Positions 1-13,520 of a stretch of 64,000 bases of DNA are shown here, piece by piece. A program made the position numbers and the translations under genes. Position 1 is the stretch's first letter; each line of letters opens with the position of its first letter. Source of the stretch: Squalus acanthias (taxonomy: Eukaryota); NCBI GenBank assembly GCA_030390025.1, contig CM059430.1, forward strand, positions 61,628,001 through 61,692,000. Reading direction: 5' to 3'. The notes beneath the pieces were generated by a model. That model searched no databases. It saw only the letters and a list, made by a program, of their open reading frames with translations, and had not been told where the DNA came from.

Positions 1-639
1 CTCCTTCATCGCATTCCCTGCTTTCGTATGTTGCTGCTTTTAATTCCCAGCTGTGCCTGGACACGCGTTATTCTTTCCCAAAGGCTAACCTATTGCTCTC
101 GTGGAACTGTGAGCAGCGGAGGCAGAAATTATCAGCAGTTCTTTACCTGGCCATTAAAAACAACATTCAAAATCATAGAATAATAGAAATTTACGGCACA
201 GAAGGAGGCCATTCGGCCCATCGTGTCTGTGCTTTTAAATAATGTAATTACCTTGTTTATTTTTTCTATTTTCCACCCACACGCGGTGCCGTTTAGAGCA
301 CGTCAGCATCAATATAAATAGACTCTCAGACACACTCACAACTGCATAAATAATCAACTATTATTAAATTCAAGAAACGTTCTTCAATTATATCCTTGCA
401 TTGTGATTCGACAATAATTATCAAAACAATCTTACATTAAATCATTCTAGGACTGAGGCAAACTTTCCTCAATTTTAAATAACTATGCCGTCATTTCAGG
501 ATGTCACAACATATTAGGTACAAAACTTACATTTGTGTTTAACTTTCATTCGGCGATATTCTTTCTCTCATGATTATTGTGTATGTGTAATTGTGCACTT
601 TATCTTTTCTATATTAAAATTACCTAATATAAGTACAAA

Positions 640-960
640 AGACCATCGGAAATAGGAGTAGGAGTAGGCCATTCGTTCCCCCGAGCCTGCTCCGCCATTT
701 AGTGGGATCATGGCTGATCCGATTTTGGCCACTTTCCTGCCCGCTCCCCGTAACCCGTGACTCCCCGATTGCTCAAAAATCTGTCAATCTCCGCTTTGAA
801 TATATTCAATGATTTAGCTTCCACAGCTTTCTGGGGTAAAGAATTCCAAAGATTCACGACCCTCTGAGAGGACAAATTCCTCCTCATCTCCGTCTTAAAT
901 GTTGACCCCTTATTCTGAGACTATGCCCCATCATTCTAGATTCCCCCACGAGGGAATTAA
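640..960 (-). mobile_element. CR1/HER1-type LINE 3' fragment
   Basis: Typical CR1 3' UTR (aggagtaggccattc…gagcctgctccgccatt) and the end of ORF2, matching other copies in the window. Confidence 0.8.
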
Positions 961-1098
961 CAACCGATTACTTAAATCATAACCGATGTCGCAGTGAATC
1001 GTTTCCACTGCACTTAATGTAGAATGATATTGATATAAAAATACTACTCTTATTTATATGAATATCTGAATGAAAACCTTCGAACCGTCTGCACTCAC

Positions 1099-1130
1099 CT
1101 GATGTCCAATACTCTCTTGCACACATTTCA
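1099..1130 (-). CDS. Probable exon 5: 32-nt cytoplasmic micro-exon of the VJ-C1 gene
   Basis: tttattcag|…cag|gtgagt; phase 1 to 0, reads VKCVQESIGHQ. Same length as the candidate paralogous exon at 24701-24732, and both are preceded by ggattta. Confidence 0.5.
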
Positions 1131-1436
1131 CTGAATAAATCCACATCTTAAGGAACCCATGGGTTTGGCACCGACCCATACATATCAGAAGATGCCAGGT
1201 TGGATTGCCTGTCAGTTTTATGTTAAATGATCACAGTTCCGGCAGCAGTTGAAACGCTAAAACTGGCCTAAGCATCCAGGGAGAGGAAAAGGGCAATTAG
1301 CCTGCCAACCCAAAAATGACCCGCTTATTCCTACTCTCTGATTTCTGTCCATTAACTAATCCTCAATCCATGCTAGTATATTACCCCCAATCCCATGAGC
1401 CCTAATTTTGTTTAATAACCTCTTGTGTGGCACCTT

Positions 1437-2249
1437 TATGAAATTTAATACAGAGAAGTGTGAAGTGCTGCATTCTGGCATAAGGAACAGGGAGAGGCAA
1501 TATAAACTTAATGGCACAGTTTTAAAGAGTGTGCAGGGACAGAGGGACCTGTGAGTTAGTGTGCATCGGTCCCTGAAGGTGGCAGGACTTATTGAGAGAG
1601 TGGTTGCAAAGCATATGGGATCTTGGGCTTCATAAATAGAGGTATTGAGTACAAAAGTAGAGGAGTTATGCTGAACGTTTATAAAGCGCTGGTTAGGCCA
1701 CAACTGGAGTATTGCATCCAGTTCTGGTCACCACACTTTAGGTAGATATGAAGGCCCTTGAGAGGGTGCAGAGGAGGTTTACCAGAATGGTACCTGGGAT
1801 GGGGGATCTCAGCTACAAGGACAGGTTGGAGAAGCTGGATTTGTTTTCATTAGAGCAAAGGAGGTTGAGGGGTGATTTGATAGAGGAGTACAAGATTATG
1901 ACGCGTTTGGATAGGCTAGATGGGGAAAGGCTGTTCCCACTAGTTCATGGTACAAGGATTAGGGGACACAGATTTAAGGTTTTGGGCAAGAGATACAGGG
2001 GGGTCGTGAGGAAAAACTTTTTTACGCATCGAGTGGTGATGACCTGGAATTCGCTGCCGATGGAAGTGGTGGAAGCGGAGACACTCAATGTTTTCAAGGG
2101 AGGCTGGATAGGCACTTGAGGGAAATAAACTTGCAGGGCCACGGGTTAGAGCGGGGGTGTGGGACTGACTGGGTTTCTCTACAGAGAGCCGGTACGGACT
2201 CGATGGGCCGATGGCCTCTTTCTGTGCCGTATGACTCTATGACTCCATG
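1437..2249 (+). mobile_element. 5'-truncated CR1 nested in the older CR1
   Basis: RT C-terminus (LERVQRRFTRM…RRLRGDLIE), (GACTCTAT)n-like tail, and ACCTT duplicated at 1432-1436 and 2250-2254. Confidence 0.88.
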
Positions 2250-2808
2250 ACCTTATCGAATGCCTTCTGAAAATCCAAATACACCACATCCACTGGGTCC
2301 CCCTTATCTATTCTGCTCGTTTAATACTCAACAAATTCTAACAGATTTGTCAAACACGATTTCCCTTTCATAAATCCGTGTTGACTCTGCCCAATGCTAT
2401 TATTATTTTCTAAGTGCCCTGTTAACATTCCTTAATAATAGTTTCTAGCATTTTCCCTACTACTGATGTCAGGCTAACTGGTCTGTAGTTCCCCGTTTTT
2501 CTCTCCCTCCTTTTTTAAATAGTGGGGTTCCATTTGATACCTTCCAATCTGCGGGAACCATTCTAGAATCGATGGAATTTTGCAAAATGACAACCAATGC
2601 ATCCACTATCTCTATAGCCAACTCTTTCAAAACCCTAGGATGCAGGCCATCAATTCCAGGGGATTTATCGGCTTTCAGTCCCATTAATTTCTCTAGTACT
2701 ACTTTTTTACGAATACTAATTTCTTTCAGTTCCTCATTCTCCCCAGACCCTTGGTTCTCCACTATTTCTGGGAAGTTTTTTGCGTTTTTCCGTGAAGACA
2801 GACACAAA

Positions 2809-3563
2809 GGGCCGGTTTTTCCGACCCCCATGGGTGTGTACGATGTGTGTACGCACCCAGAGGGGCCTTGCAAGTGTCGGGTTTAGGCATGCAAAGCGCA
2901 TGCGCTAAAACCCGGCACTTCCGACCTGTCAAGAATTCTCTTGACAGATCAGCTGCCTGCCCGGGAAAAGGGCTTCAGCAGGCAGAGTTGCGCTTTCTGC
3001 ACAACTTCCACACGCTAAAAGCCTATAAAAATCTTATGCCTTGTAAAACATGGGTGAATGCCTGCTTTTACCAGCATAAGAGATTTAAAAAATAATTTCA
3101 CTCGTTTATAATTTAAAAATAGTTTAAAAAAGGTAAGTTTATTTTTAGCCCCGTAAAAAGCTTTAATTCTTTTTAAAAAAAAATTAAATTTTTGTTTAAA
3201 ATATTTAATTTAATATAATTTTAACTAATTTTAAATACGTGATGTTTTGTAAAAAAATATTTAATGTTTAACTGTGTTTTTTAAGTGATCCTCATTCATA
3301 CTTTTGACAGATCCATGCGTAGATGCCTGTCAAAATTGTGAAGGGGGATTCCCTTCCTGGATTGGTTCTGCATAGTCCACGTGATCCCAGGGGTGCTTGC
3401 GTACCGCATGCTCCCCTGGAATACCTGAGCCTCTGCGCATGTTGGAGAGCAGAGGCCCAGGATCAGAAGTCTCGGGACCTATGGAGCCAGCAGGTAAGTT
3501 CGTAGATTTTTTCCGATCAGAGGCATCCGCACGTAGGAAGCCTCCGATTGGAAAATACAGCCT
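2809..3563 (+). mobile_element. MITE family A (Harbinger-like, about 755 bp)
   Basis: Imperfect TIRs GGGCCGGTTTTTCC / GGAAAATACAGCCT; 3-bp TSD AAA splitting CR1 sequence; AT-rich core; second copy at 43480-44233. Confidence 0.8.
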
Positions 3564-4429
3564 AAAGTATTTGTTTAATTTCTCTGCCATTTCCTTATTC
3601 TCCATTATAATTTCTCCTGTCTCAGTCTGTAAGGGACCCACATTTACTTTCGCTAATCCTTCCCTTTTTACATACCTAGAGAAGCTTTTACAGTCTGTTT
3701 TTATGTCTCTGGCTAGTTTACTCTCATATTCTACTTTCCATTTTTTAAATCAAGTTCTTGTCCTCCTTTGCTGAATTCTAAAATCCTTCCAATTCTCAGG
3801 CTTACTACTCTTTTTGGCAACATTATAAGCCTCTTCCTTTGATCTAATACTATCTTTAACTTTTCTTGTTAGCCAAGGTGGGGCCACTTTTCCCGTTGGG
3901 TTTTTGTGCCTTAAAGGAATGTATATTTGTTGTAAATTATGTATTAATTATTTAAATGCTAGCCATTGCTCATCCAATGTCATACCTTTTAATGTAGTTT
4001 CCCAATCTACCTTAGCCAACTCGCCCGTCATACCTACGTAGTTTGCTTTGTTTAGATTTAAGATCGAGATTTGGATTTAACAAAGTCACTTTCAAACTCA
4101 ATATAAAATTCTACATATTATGGTCACTCTTCCCTAAAGGCCCCTTTACTGCAAAGTTATTAATTCTCAGTGGCCACGTGAGAAATATATGGAGAAGGCT
4201 GTGGACATCCCAGCAAGAATCCGCACTTTGGGAAGAGGAGAAAACAGGAGAAAATGGGAAAGTAACCACACGAAAACAGCTCACTCTGAGAGGCATCTAC
4301 ACCAGCTTAAAGAATTGTCCCAGAATACCAACCCGCAGTTTTAGCTGATATTAATGCAATAATGAATAAGAGCACTCGGAAAGTGGCACCTGTGTTATGA
4401 ATTAGTCAACCATACATATAAGCCTTAGA

Positions 4430-4870
4430 AAATACAAGACAGAAGTTGCATTTATGTAGCACCTTTTATCACGACAGGACGTTCCAAAAAATATTTCCAA
4501 AGGACTATAGGACGTTCCAAACAATAATTGAAGTACTTTTGAAGTGTAGTCACTGTTGTAATGTAGGGTAAAGCAGTAGCCAATGTGCGCACAGGCAAGC
4601 TCCCACAAAAAGCAATGAGATAAATTACCAAATAATCGGTTTTAGTAAAGTGGATTGAGGAATAATTATTGGCCAGGACGCAGGGGAGAGCTCCCATGCT
4701 CATCTACGATATACGCCATGGGAACTTTTACGTCCACCCAAGAGGGCAGACGGAACTCCCTCAGTGCTGCGCTGAAATATTAGCGTGGATATTGTGCTCA
4801 AGTCTCTGGAGTGAGAACATGAACCCACAGCCCTCTGACTCAAAGCGAGGAGCTAGCAATATGCCAAGGC
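4430..4870 (-). mobile_element. Deu-domain SINE (SacSINE1/AmnSINE-like), degenerate
   Basis: Recognised from memory of the Deu-core segments (ttttacgtccacc…gagggcagacgg; ctccctcagt), with a decayed tRNA-like head near 4800-4870. Confidence 0.65.
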
Positions 4871-5004
4871 GCAAAATTGCATCCGATGTTCAGAATTATC
4901 CTGCAAGAAACTGAATTAAATATGAAAATTGTCGTGTTGAAGTATCATTTTTCTATGTTGTCAGCAATTTGGTGGCAAAGCGTTTTAATTGTTAATCTTA
5001 AATT

Positions 5005-8000
5005 ACATAGAAGCATTGAATAGTTCAGCACAGAAGTACGCCATTCAGCCCATCGAATCTGCGTAGGCTTTTTCGAAGAGCAATACTGTTATCTCCACTC
5101 CCCCTTTTATTCTCCTTCAAGTATTTATCCAATTCTCTTTTGAAGGCTACTATTGAAACTGTATCCACCTCCCTATCAAGCAGTGCATTCCAAATTCTAC
5201 CCACTCGCTGCATCAAAATATTTTACATAAGAAATAGGAGCAGGATTGGCCATAGGCCCCTGGAGCCTGATCCACCATTCAATAAGACCCTGGATAATCG
5301 TCGACCGCAAATCCACTTACCCACCTGATCCCCACATCCCTTGATTCCCTTAGAGTCCAAAAAATCTATCGATCTCAGCCTTGAATATACTCAATTATTC
5401 AGCATCCACAGCCCTCTGGAGTAGAGAATTCCAAAGATTCACAACCCCCTGAGTGAAGAAATTTCTCCTAATCTCAGTCCTAAATGGCCGACCCCTGAGA
5501 CTATGCCCCCTAGTTCGAGCCTCTCTAGCCAGGGAATACAGTCGCTCAACATTTACCCTGTCACCCATCTCAGAATATTATATGTTTCAATGAGATCGCC
5601 ACTCATTCTTCTAAACTCGAGAGTGTTTAGTCCCATGCTACTCAATCTCTCCTCATAGGACAACCCTATCACTCCAGAAATCAATCTAGTGAACCTTCGT
5701 TTCACCCCCTCTAAGGCAAGTATATTCTTCCTTAGGTATGGCGACCAAAGCTGTACACAGTACTCCAGGAGTGGTCTCATCAAAGTGCTGTACAATTGCA
5801 GCACGACTTCCTTACTTTAGTACACCAACCCCCTTGCAATAAATGTCAACATACCATTTGCCTTACTAATTGCTTGCTGTATCTGTACATTAATGCTCTG
5901 TGTTTCGTGTACAACGACACAAAAACCCTTCTGAACACCAGCATTTAATAATTTATCACCACTTAAAATATTCTGTTTTTCTATTCTACCTACCAAAGTG
6001 AATGACCTCTCAATTCCCCACATTATACTCTACCTGCCACCTTCTTGCCCATTCACTTAACCGGTCTGTATCCCTTTGCAGACTGTTTGTGTCCTCCTCA
6101 CAGCTTACTTTCCCACCTAGCTTTTATTGTCAGCAAACTTGGATACATTACACTTGGTCCCTTCATCTAAGTCATTAATATAGATTGTAAATAGCTGTGG
6201 CCCCAACACTGATCCCACATGCTCTTATCTTGTGTAACAACCTTTCGTGTGGCACCTTAACATATGCCTTTAGAAAATACAAATATACTACCTCCACTGG
6301 TTTGCCTTTATCTAACCTACACGTTACATCAACAAAATACTCTAATAAATTTGTTAAACACGATTTCCCTTTCGCAAAACCATGTTGACTCTGTCTAATC
6401 ATATTATGATTTTCTAAGTGTACTATTAGCAGTTTCTTAATAATAGATTCTAGCATTATGCCGATGACTGATATCAGGCTAACTGGCCCGTAGCTCCCTG
6501 TTTTATTTCACCCTCCATTCTTGAATAGTGGTGTTACATTTGCTACCTTGCAATCCACTGGGACCATTCCAGAATCTAGGGAATTTTGGAAGATCACAAT
6601 CAATGCATCCACTATCTCAGCAGCCACCTCTTTTAGAACCCTAGGATGTAGGCTATCAGGTCCAGAGGATTTGTCAGCTTTTAGTCCCATTAATTTCTCC
6701 AATACTTTTTCTTTACTAATATTAATTACTTTAAGTTCCTCACTCTCATTAGACTCTTGGTTCCCCACTATTTATAATATATGTTTTATTTCTTCTACTG
6801 TGAAGGCAGTTACAAAATATGTGTTTAACGTCTCTGCCATTTCCTTATTTCTCATTATAATTTCTCCTGCCTCAGCCTCTAAAAGATCCACATTTACTTT
6901 CGCCACTCTCTTCCTTTTTACATACTTTTAGAATCTCTTACAATCTGTTTATATATTTCTTGATACTTTACTCTCATATTCTATTTTCTCTCTTTATTAA
7001 ATTGTGGTCATCCTTTGCTGGTTTTTAAAAGTCTCCCAATGCTCGGGCTTACTACACTTCCAGGCAACATTGTAAGCCTCTTCTTTTAATCTAATACCAT
7101 CCTTAACCTCTTTAGTTAGCCACGGATGCATCAACTTTTACCGTGGAGTTTTTATTTATCGATGGAATGTATAATTGTTGAGAATTATGAAATATTTTTA
7201 AATGTTCGCCATTGCTTATCTACCATCATATATTTTAATCTAATTTCCCAATCTACCTTAGCCAACTCGCCCCTCATACATAAGAGCATAAGAACACAAG
7301 AAATAGTAGCAGGAGAAGGCCATTCGGCCCCTCGAGCCGACCCCGCCATTCAATAAGATCATGGCTGATCTGACCTTGGCCTTAATGCCACTTTCCCGCC
7401 CGCTCCCATAACCCTTGACACCCCTGTAGCTCAAATATATGTCTATATCCGCCCTGACTATATTCAATGACACCGCCTCCACAGCTCTCTGGGGTAGAAA
7501 ATTTCAAAGATTCACGACCCTCTGAGAGAAGAAATTCCTCCTCATCTCCATTTTAAATGGGCTATGTAATTGACTTTATTTAAGATTAATACTCTAGTAT
7601 CGGAATAAAGTATGTTACTTTAGAACTCAACGTGAAATGCTATCATATTATGTTCACTCTTCCCCAGAGGCTCCCTTACTATGAAATTACTAATTAACCC
7701 TGTCTCATTACACAAGACAAGATCTAAAATAGCCTGTTCCCTGGTTGGTTCCACGACATATTGTTCTAGGGACTTGTCTCAATTGGATTCCCTGCACTCG
7801 TTTTCCAAACTACTTTTGCCAATTTGATTTGTCCAGTCTATATGAAGATTAAAGTCCCTCACGATTATTGCAGCTCCTTTGTTACAAGCTCCTCTTATTT
7901 CATGATAAAAACTCTGTCCAACAGTATAGCTACTGTTGGGGAGGGGACGTTAAACTACTCTCACCAGTGTTTTCTGCCCCTTGTTATTTCATTTCTCCAC

Positions 8001-9845
8001 CCATACTAATTCTACTTCCTGCTCTTCTGAGCCAAGATCCTTCCTCACTATTGTCCTTATGTCATCCTTTATTATTAGGGCTACCCCCTCCTTTTGCATT
8101 TTGTCTGTCTTTTCGAAACGTCAAGTACCCTGGAATATTTAGTTCCCAACCTTGGTCAGCATGCAATAACGGCTTTCTAATGGCTATTAGATAAAACCTG
8201 TTTATCTTTATTTATGCCATTCATTCGTCTGTTTTGTTATGAATGCTTTCTGCATTCAGATAAAGCGCCTTTAATTTTAACGTTTTATTATTTTTTCCTG
8301 ATTTGACCTTATTCACTGATGCATTACTCCTGTCCCTTCCTGCCACACTCTGCTTATCATTACCCAAATCACAACACTGCTCTAAGGCCTTGACTTTTCT
8401 CTATAGATTTATAAATTTCCCCTCTCCTGCACACTCTCCACTTTTTAGGTTAAAGCTCTGTCTACAGCCCTAGTTATTCGATTCACCAGGAAACTGGTCC
8501 CAGCTGGTCTAAGTGGAGCCTGTCGCAACAGAACAGCACCCTCTTTCCCCAGTACTGCTGCCAATGCCCCTTGAATCATAACCCCTATCCCCCACACCTC
8601 ACTTTCAGCTATGCATTCAACTCTCATCTGTTTGACCCTATGCTAATTTGTGCTTTTCTCAGGTAGTAATCCAGAGATCATTACCTTTAAGATTCTGCAT
8701 ATTAAGTTCGACCCGAGCTCCTCAAACTCCCTCAGCAGAACCTCATTCCTAGTTCTACTTATGTCATTGGTTCCTACGTGGAGCACGAAAACTGGATCCT
8801 CCCCTCCCACTGCAAGTTCTTCTCCAGCTGCGTCGGGATACCCTTAACCCTGGTACTGGGCAGGCAGCACCACCTTCGGAACTCCTGGTCGTCGCCAAAG
8901 AGAACAGTATCTATCCCCCTGAATAAACTGTCCTCTACCAGGACCACATTCTATTTCACTCCCCTCACTTGAATGGCCTCCTGTACCACGGTACTGTTGT
9001 CCGTTTGCTTATCCACATTGCAGACTTTGCCTTCATCTGCACAGGCAGCAAGAACCTAGTACCTGTTGGATAACAGCGAATGCTGAGGTTCCTCCAGCAC
9101 TGCACCTGACTTGCCTGACTCACAGTCACAGCCTCCTGTCCATTAACACGAACCAGACCTGTGCAACTACCTAACCTAAGGGGTGTGACTGCCTCCTAGA
9201 TCAAAGTGTCCAGTTAACTCTCCCCTCCCTGAATCCCCGCAATGTCTGCACCTCGGACTCCAGCTTAGCAACTCTGAGCTGAAATTCCTCTAGATGCAGA
9301 CACTTACTGCAGATACGGTTGTCCAAGATCCTGATGTTCCCCACAAACTCCCACATGCTGCAGTTGCGACACATCTGCTGCCATCGCTATATAACCTCGT
9401 TTTATTTATTTATTTAATTAAAGTTTATGTAATTAATCAACGTAGCTTATATTCTTTATTTTTAACTAATTACTTGATCTAAATTAAGTTAGAGGTATAT
9501 TAAATTAAAGATTTACCTTACCCCGCCAACCCTCCCTCTGCTGTGACACCACTTTGCGATTTTTCTGCCGTGCTGCTCTCGGCCTCGCCGTTTTCTTAGA
9601 TATCAGATCTATTTGTTTACCTGAAGTATACTATTGTCTTCATACTTTGATAGATGTGAAATTAAGCAATTAACTATGATTCCTCGGCTCCCGCCACTCC
9701 TCACTCTATACGGACAATTATGTCATTTTTTTAGTTTTTCCCTCCGTTTGTCTGATATCAGCTGCTGCGCTCTGCCCCGCTCCTTTTAAATCACTGGTGC
9801 TCGGGATCCCGCTCTTTTTAATCAGCTGCTGCTCTCTGCCGTTGC
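5005..9845 (-). mobile_element. Near full-length decayed CR1 LINE, plus adjacent and nested 3' fragments (5005-5225, about 7281-7560)
   Basis: 5' UTR about 9400-9845; ORF1 CxxC…CxxC/leucine zipper (CRNCSMWE…CSKCLHLEEFQLRVAKLE) about 9240-9375; esterase region ending AVDRALT*; fragmented EN/RT ORFs; 3' tail near 5225. Confidence 0.88.
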
Positions 9846-9952
9846 TTACAAACAAACAGCTGGCAAAAATACATTTCTCATCTCCATAAAAGCAATCCTA
9901 TCTGTGTGTGTACTTCGAAGTAATTTCCTGAATTAATGAAGCGTTTTCTTAC

Positions 9953-10066
9953 CTTCAATGGAAGTTATTTTTACGTGGTCCACAATAATTCCAGTCAGTG
10001 CAAGAATTACCATAAAACCCAGAACAAGCCGAGCAATCATGAGGAGCCGGATGCTGAAACTGTGAC
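9953..10066 (-). CDS. Exon 4: transmembrane exon with an intramembrane Arg
   Basis: Acceptor ttgtag| and donor G|gtaaga; 114 nt, phase 1-1; GHSFSIRLLMIARLVLGFMVILALTGIIVDHVKITSIE. Confidence 0.85.
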
Positions 10067-10194
10067 CTACAATGTTGGATTAAAACCAAGATATAAAACT
10101 GTTGTATAGAAGTATTATCGAATGGAAGCAACAGTGATTGGTTTATACAGGGGCATGGGGTCCATTGAATGTTTACTTTAAACCGAACTCCATT

Positions 10195-10900
10195 GGGATC
10201 GATTTCAACTTGCCTAAATCGGCGTTAACGGTGCGATAATGGCCTCAAAATGGGATCGGTAGACTTAGCAGCATGTTAACGCCTACAACGGAGCCTTCCA
10301 CTGTCAGAGAGGGCCTGTTGCTCAGGGCTATCGCCTTTGTCTCAGGCAGTAGGCTACTCTTCACACAAAAAGAACATACTGCACATGCTGGAAATCTGAA
10401 ATAAAAGCAGAAAATGCTGGAGATACTCAGAAGGTCAGGCAGTCTGTGAAGAGAGAAACACTCTTCATATCCAAATCGAGGTTCTATGATGTACATAGGA
10501 TCCCGATGGCCATTTCAGGACAGAGTTGGCACGCCCTGCACTCTGTGGCCAGTTTAACTAGCGAGAGAGATAAAGAGATCTGAACATGTACATTTACATT
10601 ATTTTCGCGTGACCAGGCAAAGCAGGAGTGCTCCTATGGGCCCCATAAAGATAATCTGGGATGCTGCAATCCGGGCACCCCCCGCCCCACTACCTGATCA
10701 TGACACTCCCGGCTTAGCTTGCTGCCCACCGGACTGTCTCCAGATACCTGCGAAGTTTATCGGGCCGCCTTACATGCCTTAAGGTTCCTCATTTTCATAC
10801 AAGTAGCCTGGCGTAGACTCCCTTCATGGGAGACTGGTTCTCACCAGCACAGGGGCCAAGTGCCAAATTGTTTCCATCAGCAAAGTAATTTCCACCATTC
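10195..10900. mobile_element. Degenerate MITE-like element containing a Penelope terminal fragment (about 10366-10460)
   Basis: GC-rich ends resembling other MITEs here; internal gctggaaatctgaaataaaagcagaaaatgctgg matches the 25.9-kb repeat. Confidence 0.45.
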
Positions 10901-11445
10901 CTTAATTTTACTCTAACATCTACAGTGATAAAAACGGTTCCGAACATTTCATAACCTGTTTTTTGGTCTAAAGAGTCCAGAGCTACAGTAATAGCCAGAG
11001 TTGATTTAGAAGCAATGCGTCTTGCTCCATCAATCTATAAGAAATTGAGGAGAGAAGTTGCTCAGTGGATGGAGGAAATCCAGCTAAGAGTTTCCTTATA
11101 TTTTTGGAAGATATTTGAAAAAGTTCTGCGCATGAGGCTTTTGAAGCAAATTCAGCCTCATGGCATTCGGGGAGAATTGGAAAGTGATAATTAAAGGCGC
11201 TGTCTGGGGAGCAGTAGATTTCTAGACAGAGCTCTACCTGGTCTATTTTAGGTTCAATGCTTTCTCGTCTATTGATGATCTATTTGGACTAGCCACTTCT
11301 AGTAATAGTCCTAGATGTACTGATGGCGTCAATACATAGATAGAAGAGATGTAGGTTAATAACACACCAAGAAATCTGGGTCATCGAAGAAATGCCCTTG
11401 AAAGATGTTCCCGGAAGTTCCACACATAATCTGTCCAAATCGTAC

Positions 11446-11742
11446 CTTGCTTAACGGTGTAGCTGACATTGGCGGGCACCAGAAGAGAGACATGAGATAC
11501 CAGACATGTATAAACAACTCCGCTCTGGGTAGGCTGTGCTTCTTCCAACGAGCTGGAAACCTCAAACAGTCCCTCCGCATTCCTGTTTTTCACAGTTGCT
11601 ATTCCGGTCAGATTTTCGACATCATCTCTTCGCCAGGAGATTTCTAAATGCTCCGGGTAAAAGGCACTCGTTTTACACTCGAGTTTTAGAGAAGTCGCTG
11701 AAATCCCTTCGACAAGAGCGATTTTCAGGGGAGTTGGGGGAA
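11446..11742 (-). CDS. Exon 3: Ig C1-set domain
   Basis: Acceptor ttttctttcctgttaaag| and donor G|gtacga; 297 nt, phase 1-1, open. Reads VPPTPLKI…LECKTSAFYPEHLEISW…GLFEVSSSL…YTCLVSHVSL…YTVKQ, with the C1 hallmarks C-x4-FYP, W and YTCxVxH. Confidence 0.92.
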
Positions 11743-13304
11743 CTTTAACAGGAAAGAAAAGTTTTTTTCAATTTAAAGGAACACATTCTCATTTGCCTAC
11801 TCTCGTTATGCTGATACAGTCCTACTGTCACAATAGTTATCCGCGCTGTCGTTTTTTTTAAACTTCCAGTTTGCATTTATTTTATAAATTGTTTTACCGC
11901 GCACAGCAACATGACGGGATGTATTGGAAACGGAACGCAAAGTGGGCAAACATGCAGGGAGGCAAACGTCACTGTTCTGAATGGAGTATCAGATCCTGGC
12001 GCGGAATTGTGGTTGGCAGCAGTGACCCCGAGTGAGGTTCCTGTCCGAATATATCGGAGAGAGCGCAACCCAGTCTGCACGAACAGTGGAATCGTTTCTC
12101 GTTATTCATTAATAATCTTTGGAGTATGAAACATTTTGTGTGTTTATTTAAAAATTGGTCGCTTTTTAGATATTTCGTAGATTGCAAATATATTTTACAT
12201 AAACGGTGAATATTGAGAAGAATAAATCTTACCAATATATCGAAATATCTCCGATGTCTGCACAGATTACAGGTAGGATGCTGTTATATCTATAGATTAA
12301 AATTCGTGCATTACAGTTGCTAACTCAGCATTTCAGTGTCTGTGTTGGAGATTTCAGATCGTGCAGCTTTCAATAAATGTACTTTCCCCAGAGCGCGAAC
12401 CGAGGGCTGGAATATTTTTCACGTCATGAAAGGGTTATATTGGTAATGATGTATATCTGTGTAGATCACAACATCCATACAGATGAGGGAAACCGAATAG
12501 GAAATCCTAACTCAGAGTGCATGTCTTATATAATTCCAGGGGTTTTGTCCTTCCCCAGGTCTATTCGGTCTGTTGAACACGTTTTACCTGAAGAAGATTC
12601 TGCTTATATCAGTCCTACAATCGTCTTTTACTAATGTGAACCTTTGTCCGCTAGAGCTACAGTCAGCTGGAAGTAGAGTCCCTTATTAGGTTTGCATTGT
12701 TTTGTCAGTTTATTACAAACAATCTCCTTAACATCTTTTCTTTAAATGTTTACTTTTCCGACTTTGTACTAATAGCAAACATTTAAATCAGGGGTATTAT
12801 TAACTTGAAAAATTATTTTAGCCTTTATTCCCAGCAGCACCGTGTTGACTGCCCAACCAAAGCTCAGAATTCCTCCATTCCTTTACCACTGATCTGTTTA
12901 GGTTTAATATTTAATGCAGTATAGTTTTCGTGGAGGAGGAGGAGGACGAAAGTGTTCTCTTAATCTGCTGCCGTAACCTCAGTCTGGGATTGGTAGAATG
13001 TTAATAGAAATCATGAATTACAAGTACGGGAGCCCTGGCGTTTATAACAAGTTCGGCGATAATCTGCCCGTACTTTACAGGTTGTGAGTGTATGAAAGAA
13101 AGTCCAATTGGCGTCAGACAGTGTTTTAAACAGGAGCACTGGGTTTCTGCACTCTCCTGCAAGCTCTAGGACTTGGGGTGGAATCTAGCATTGAGGGTAA
13201 GACCAACACTTCCCCTTTCAATGGGCTATAAGATTCCTTCGTGAAATGAGTTTGGCCGTCTCAAAAAAGTTCTCAATGGAAGCAAGTGCACAGCCTAAAC
13301 TGCG

Positions 13305-13520
13305 GATATAGGAACAGCAGGAGGCCATTTAGCCCCTCGAATCTGCTCCGCCATTCAATTAGATGGTGGCTAATCTGTACCTCAAATCCATATGTCCACT
13401 TAACTCCATATCCCTTGAGAACCCCAACTAACACAAATCTATACATCTCAATCTTGGAAGCTCCAAATGTCCCATCATCCACAGCCTTTTGGAAGAGAGA
13501 ATTCCAGATTTTGGACAATT
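13305..13520 (-). mobile_element. CR1 3' end fragment
   Basis: IWNSLFQKAV…KIEMYRF followed by the CR1 3' UTR motif. Confidence 0.75.

Larger units (their letters stand above)
1305..4165 (-). mobile_element. CR1 LINE ORF2 fragment, interrupted by two insertions
   Basis: ORF pieces KVPHKRLLNKIRAHGIGG, KSPGIDGLHPRVLKE and PLGKSDHNM. Confidence 0.88.

Noticed and set aside
84-290. Terminal exons of the VJ-C1 gene (donor at 251, acceptor at 147)
   Set aside because: The upstream piece lacks an AG acceptor and the phases cannot be reconciled; left unassigned.
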